Source of the DNA: Planctomycetota bacterium
GTDB taxonomy: Bacteria; Planctomycetota; UBA1135; UBA2386
Direction: 5' to 3'
Assembly: GCA_947501605.1 (NCBI GenBank)
Contig: CANMWZ010000006.1
Coordinates: 22,897 to 86,896 of the forward strand
Length of the DNA stretch: 64,000 bases
Shown one piece after another: positions 61,001 through 64,000 of the stretch (position 1 is the stretch's first letter; the number at the start of each line of letters is the position of its first letter). The notes beneath the pieces are model-generated. The model saw nothing but the letters and a program-made list of their open reading frames with translations. It was not told the DNA's origin and made no database searches. The translations under genes and the position numbers were made by a program.

Positions 61001-61390
61001 CGCACGCGCATCGCGCTGCGGATCCAGGCGAGCGGTCAGACCGCCAAGATTCTGCTGCGCGGGCAAGCGCTCCTTGCGCACATGGCCACCGCCGAGTCGA
61101 TCGCGATCTCCCCTACGCAGGAGCGTACACGAGATAGCGCCGCAGTCGTCGTCGGGGACGGAACGGCCTTCTTGCTCGGGGTCGTCGACCTCGACAAGGA
61201 ACGCGACAAGCTGGGCAAGCAGCAGGACAAGCTGCGATCACAGATCGCGAGTATGGCGGCAAAGCTGGGCAACGAGGGCTTCCGCGCCAAAGCGCCGCCG
61301 CAGGTGATCGCGCAGCAGGAGGCGACCCTCCAGGGCCTACGCCAACAACTCCTCGCCGTCGAGCAAGGCCTGCGCGACCTCGACCACTGA
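58088..61390 (+). CDS. valS: Valine--tRNA ligase
   Basis: HIGH motif 'PNVTGALHMGHA', 'KMSKSKGN', and a C-terminal coiled coil. 1100 aa, with insertions relative to typical ValS. Confidence 0.97.
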   Translation: MTTELPAKYEPATLEPAVTSRWREHKAFAAFPDAREHRYVVMMPLPNVTGALHMGHAMDNVMQDLLIRWHRMRGDNTLWQAGTDHAGIATQAVVEKRLKEIEGKTRHDIGREALVERIWEWKEQSQKRIIAQQQGMGCSCDWDRTRFTMDAVCARAVRHTFFKMFRDGLIFRGNRLVNWDCALQTAVADDELYKETVQGKFHYLRYPLHERKPGEPEHVIVATTRPETMLGDTAVAIHPDPAMALRAAIEAQRHKVQGAADKERAVAEQELERLLQREQELLPHLIQIAALAKQGRKITLPLTGRTIPLITDEWADPALGTGCVKITPAHDPNDYQVWQRHRSIGAINVLNGNGTISAEGPYLGLDRFDARKQILRDLQAQNLVEKIEDRTIEIDHSDRSKTIVEPWLSKQWFVHMADVDGGITMGAGTPKQFRSKGLAQAALDAAAGALPALADGNARMQVRFHPDQDRYRKMYDQWLAEKRDWCISRQLWWGHRIPVWRGEMQKQHLLMLESVLQGQLRRDDVAAWIVLPDGSRLSVADALLALKREGAPATVEVQICFRDDTADATTGVVLQGAGLELDPDVLDTWFSSALWPHSTLGWPDPLSARVDPGQPSLGARGDNQSALDYWYPGSCLVTGRDIITLWVARMVITGLYNLGDVPFSDVFLHATILDGKGERMSKSKGNGIDPLDIIKRYGADALRYVVCELQTGTQDIRLPVQAISPFTKDGEPEQLIDLATAKPGPYLGTYIDPVTKQPFDLVGQYGKQGLAPAKAVSDRFAVGANFCNKLFNAARFAFLNLDGASFTERPLASLPLEDRWILSRLAAAHANVHGALSSYNPAAAIAAAREFFWGELCDWYLELVKPRFRDEAPAAERALAQQVLAAVLDQTLRILHPFVPFLTETLWQNLCDLAPVRGIDRELEGSALLVHARWPEHTATWISEEADSDLKCVQQWCAAIREARASYQVAPRTRIALRIQASGQTAKILLRGQALLAHMATAESIAISPTQERTRDSAAVVVGDGTAFLLGVVDLDKERDKLGKQQDKLRSQIASMAAKLGNEGFRAKAPPQVIAQQEATLQGLRQQLLAVEQGLRDLDH

Positions 61391-61423
61391 GCCCCCAGGT
61401 CGCCAAGGCGGGACGGGCCCCCA

Positions 61424-61457
61424 GGTCGCCAACGGCGTCGGGGCCCGTTGGCCGACC
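61424..61457 (+). terminator. Hairpin after valS, preceded by a 16-nt direct repeat
   Basis: GGTCGCCAACGG-cgtcggggc-CCGTTGGCCGACC (one bulge). 'GCCCCCAGGTCGCCAA' occurs twice (61391-61406 and 61417-61432). No U-tract. Confidence 0.4.
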
Positions 61458-61617
61458 AAAGACTCCGGGCCACTCACGTGGACCGGAAAGGCCGCCGCCA
61501 TGGCCGGAATGGTGGAACCGCGCCCGCCGGCGCGGCTATCCTCCGTCCTCCCGAACGACCCCACACCCGTCGAGCGCTCGACTCCCTGCCAACGTGCGCT
61601 CGCAAGGAAGCCCTCCC

Positions 61618-62598
61618 ATGTCCCTGATGCGCACGTCCCTCGCGCTCGGCAGCCTCCTGGCACCTCTGTGTGCCCAGGTCACCGAGATCCCCGCCATGAC
61701 CACAGTGTCGACGCGCGTCGATGTCGATGCGCTGCCGGTGGGCCCAACGAACCTCGATGCCCTGCGCGGCGCCGGCAGCCCCTACACCGCGCAGATCGCG
61801 AACCTGGTACTCAGCCCGAACGTCGCAGTACAGGGCTTCTACAACTTCAACGTCGGCGGCGGTGAAGGCTTGGCGCGCGACGCGACGACCGGAGCCCTCT
61901 CAGTCGTGGCGCCGCTGTCGTTCTTCAACGCCTTCGACGCGACCATCGATCTGCAAGTGCCGGGCATCGAGTTCGGTTGCTCGGTCGGCGACTGGAGCGG
62001 TGGCCTGGTGATCGAGTTTCGCCGCCGCAGTGACAACTCGCTGGTTGCACAGATCAACTCATCACAGTTCGCGACCGTCGCTCCGAAGTTCTTTCAGACC
62101 ACGGCACTCTTCGACCGCGTCGTCATCAAGGCCGACAGCGAGACCGGCAACTGGGTACTGACGGAGTTCCACATCCCCGCGAACGAGCCATGGGTCTCGT
62201 TCGGCACGGGCTGCGCCGGCACCGTCGGCATTCCGATCATGACCGCAGTCACTGCGCCCTCGCTCGGCGACCCGTTCAACCTCTCGATCAACAACATGCC
62301 GACCGCCGGCGGTGTCTACATCATGACGCTCGGCACCTCGGTCACGATCGACTCGCAGCTCGGGGTGCTCCCGATCGACCTTGGGCCGCTTGGTGCTCCC
62401 GGTTGCCCGATCCTGAGTTCCGTCGATTCGACGTTCTTCCAACTGCAGACAGCTGGAACGGCAACGTTCACCTTGCCAGTGCCAAGCCTCGTCGGCCTGC
62501 TGGGTCAGCGCTTCACCAATCAGGCCTTCGTCAGCGACGCGGCGAACGCGCTGGGCTTTGTCGCCAGCAACGCCGGTATCGGGACCATCCAGCCCTGA
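61618..62598 (+). CDS. Secreted protein, function unknown, with a C-terminal module shared with the 24976-26940 product
   Basis: Signal peptide 'MSLMRTSLALGSLLAPLCAQ'. C-terminus 'FGTGCAGTVGIPIM...GAPGCPIL...AGTATFTLPVPSLVGLLGQRFTNQAFVSDAANALGFVASNAGIGTIQP'. Confidence 0.6.
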   Translation: MSLMRTSLALGSLLAPLCAQVTEIPAMTTVSTRVDVDALPVGPTNLDALRGAGSPYTAQIANLVLSPNVAVQGFYNFNVGGGEGLARDATTGALSVVAPLSFFNAFDATIDLQVPGIEFGCSVGDWSGGLVIEFRRRSDNSLVAQINSSQFATVAPKFFQTTALFDRVVIKADSETGNWVLTEFHIPANEPWVSFGTGCAGTVGIPIMTAVTAPSLGDPFNLSINNMPTAGGVYIMTLGTSVTIDSQLGVLPIDLGPLGAPGCPILSSVDSTFFQLQTAGTATFTLPVPSLVGLLGQRFTNQAFVSDAANALGFVASNAGIGTIQP

Positions 62599-62658
62599 TG
62601 TCGAAGCCGCGGCGCGCAAGCGCGGCCCTGCGAAGCGCCGCGTAGGATCGGCCCGCCG

Positions 62659-63498
62659 ATGCCCGAGCTGCCAGAAGTCGAGACCGTTCGTCGTGGCGCC
62701 GAGCCGCTGCTCGCAGGCAGACGCCTCCTCGCGGTCGAATTGAAGCGGCACGACCTGCGCTTCCCGATCCCGCTCGAGGCGGTTCACGACCTTGCTGGCC
62801 GCACCTGCCTGCGCATCGATCGCCGGTCGAAGTACCTCCTGCTGCGCTTCTCGGGCGACGGCATGCCGTCGGCCATCGTGCATCTGGGGATGACGGGGCG
62901 GTTCCTCGTCGACCCGATCGGAGCCCGCGCAGCGCGGCCGGAGTGGCGTCTGCACGAGCACTGGCGCATGGACTTCGGCGATCAACTAGTTCGCTTCATC
63001 GATCCACGCCGCTTCGGCATGCTCGACGTGGCGAGGGCCGAGACCTTTGCGACCCACAAGTTGCTTCGCGGACTCGGACAGGAACCGCTCGAAGAGGCAT
63101 TCGACGGCGCCTTCTTGTTCGCGTGCAAACGAGGCAAGAAGGCGAGCGTGAAGTCGATGCTGATGGACGGCCGCGTCCTGGTCGGGGTCGGCAACATCTA
63201 CGCCAGCGAGGCCTGCCATCGCGCCCACGTGCGTCCGCGCCGCGCTGCGGGCACCCTCACTCTCGCCGAGTGCGAAGCACTTGCGTGTGCGATCCGCACG
63301 GTGCTCGCGAGCGCCATCGAGGCCGGGGGCACATCGTTCCGCGACTATGTCGGTGTCGGCGAAGAGCAGGGCTACTTCGCGCAGCAACTCGATGTCTACG
63401 AACGTGAAGGGGAACCGTGTCGCCGCTGCCGCTCGGCGATCCGTCGTACGACGGACGCGGGGCGAAGCACCTACTGGTGCGCCGGCTGCCAGCGCTGA
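62659..63498 (+). CDS. mutM: Formamidopyrimidine-DNA glycosylase
   Basis: 'MPELPEVETVRRG', H2TH region, and a C-terminal zinc finger 'CRRCRSAIRRTTDAGRSTYWCAGCQR'. Confidence 0.95.
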   Translation: MPELPEVETVRRGAEPLLAGRRLLAVELKRHDLRFPIPLEAVHDLAGRTCLRIDRRSKYLLLRFSGDGMPSAIVHLGMTGRFLVDPIGARAARPEWRLHEHWRMDFGDQLVRFIDPRRFGMLDVARAETFATHKLLRGLGQEPLEEAFDGAFLFACKRGKKASVKSMLMDGRVLVGVGNIYASEACHRAHVRPRRAAGTLTLAECEALACAIRTVLASAIEAGGTSFRDYVGVGEEQGYFAQQLDVYEREGEPCRRCRSAIRRTTDAGRSTYWCAGCQR

Positions 63499-63504
63499 CC
63501 GACC

Positions 63505-64000
63505 TCAGAGATCGATATGGATGAACCACAGGAGCCGCACGCAGTCGCGGCGCGGTGAGTTCTCCACGCGCACGAGACCCAGCAGGGCGCGGAAGACCTC
63601 GCGCGTCGCCGGCGCGCGACCGGGAGGATCGGAGACGTAGGTCGACTCGTTGCTCACCAACAACCCGAGCGGACCGACCGTCCATTCGTCCTTTTCGGCT
63701 TCGTCCCTCACGCGGAAGAGCAACGGAAACCAGATGTGCGTGCCTTCGGTGTAGTCCTCGAGCTGCATGGATGCCGCGTGGGACTCGGTGCCGCGCTGCA
63801 CCGAGAATGCGATCGACTCGCCGCGCGTGCCGCGATCGTGGACCATCGCCGCGAGGTCTTCGATGGGCGGCACGGGCCCGCCGTCGACGCGTTCGAGGAC
63901 GTCGCCAGGACGGAAGCCCGCGACCCAGGCCGGCGAACCGACATCGACCGAGCCGATGATGATGCCGCTGCGGTCGTCGTCGAAGATCCGCTCGCTCCAC
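63505..64000 (-). CDS. PDZ-domain protein, 5'-partial (continues beyond the window end)
   Basis: The reading frame is open to nt 64000. It translates as '..SGIIIGSVDVGSPAWVAGFRPGDVLERVDGGPVPPIEDLAAMV' (PDZ), then an unassigned C-terminus. The stop is 6 nt from the convergent mutM stop. Confidence 0.6.
   Translation of the reverse strand, partial: WSERIFDDDRSGIIIGSVDVGSPAWVAGFRPGDVLERVDGGPVPPIEDLAAMVHDRGTRGESIAFSVQRGTESHAASMQLEDYTEGTHIWFPLLFRVRDEAEKDEWTVGPLGLLVSNESTYVSDPPGRAPATREVFRALLGLVRVENSPRRDCVRLLWFIHIDL

Noticed and set aside
1-64000. Search for tRNA, rRNA, transposases, integrases, toxin-antitoxin pairs, restriction-modification systems or other known defence systems.
   Set aside because: None was recognisable by eye in any frame or intergenic region. 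The window looks like core chromosome plus lineage-specific envelope loci rather than a mobile or defence island.

Overview
GC-rich chromosomal window from a diderm (Gram-negative-type) bacterium. I call about 48 protein-coding genes. By eye there is no rRNA, tRNA, CRISPR array, transposase or integrase. Layout: (i) 43-10322 is a Wza/Wzc-type polysaccharide locus: DegT aminotransferase, Wza, a degenerate Wzc-like co-polymerase, CapD/PglF-type dehydratase, GT4, WbqC, PglC-type phosphoglycosyl transferase and an SDR epimerase. (ii) 10557-13279 holds a LuxR-type response regulator, a sensor-less histidine kinase and a CBS protein. (iii) 14497-37165 is a 22.7-kb run of 12 same-strand genes. It contains a complete Vibrio-TonB2-type module (DUF3450/TtpB, long MotA-family TtpC, ExbB, ExbD, TonB, TPR/TtpD) behind a CarboxypepD_reg-type TonB-dependent receptor. 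Upstream are five uncharacterised exported proteins, including a 2114-aa giant and a beta-lactamase-fold/PHB-depolymerase-type esterase fusion. This is my best candidate for an undescribed system. (iv) 37445-49300 carries envelope and housekeeping genes: a possible Cys/His-rich micro-ORF, DUF423, an FGE-domain protein, RmlC/RmlD-like genes, a lipid kinase, kdsA, a Ser/Thr kinase, a FabZ-like gene and a GT-C membrane protein. (v) 49350-54103 has an archaeal/eukaryotic-type Pus10 pseudouridine synthase homologue behind an atypical receiver. It is divergent from an RNase HII-like / octahaem cytochrome c / small membrane protein trio. (vi) 54152-57757 is a Cys-rich secreted-protein module with a 13-nt x4 tandem repeat in its leader. 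(vii) The window ends with valS, a secreted protein, mutM and a partial PDZ protein. Many long ORFs in the track are GC-driven antisense artefacts. Start codons were refined by arithmetic from the ORF track and are less certain than stops.
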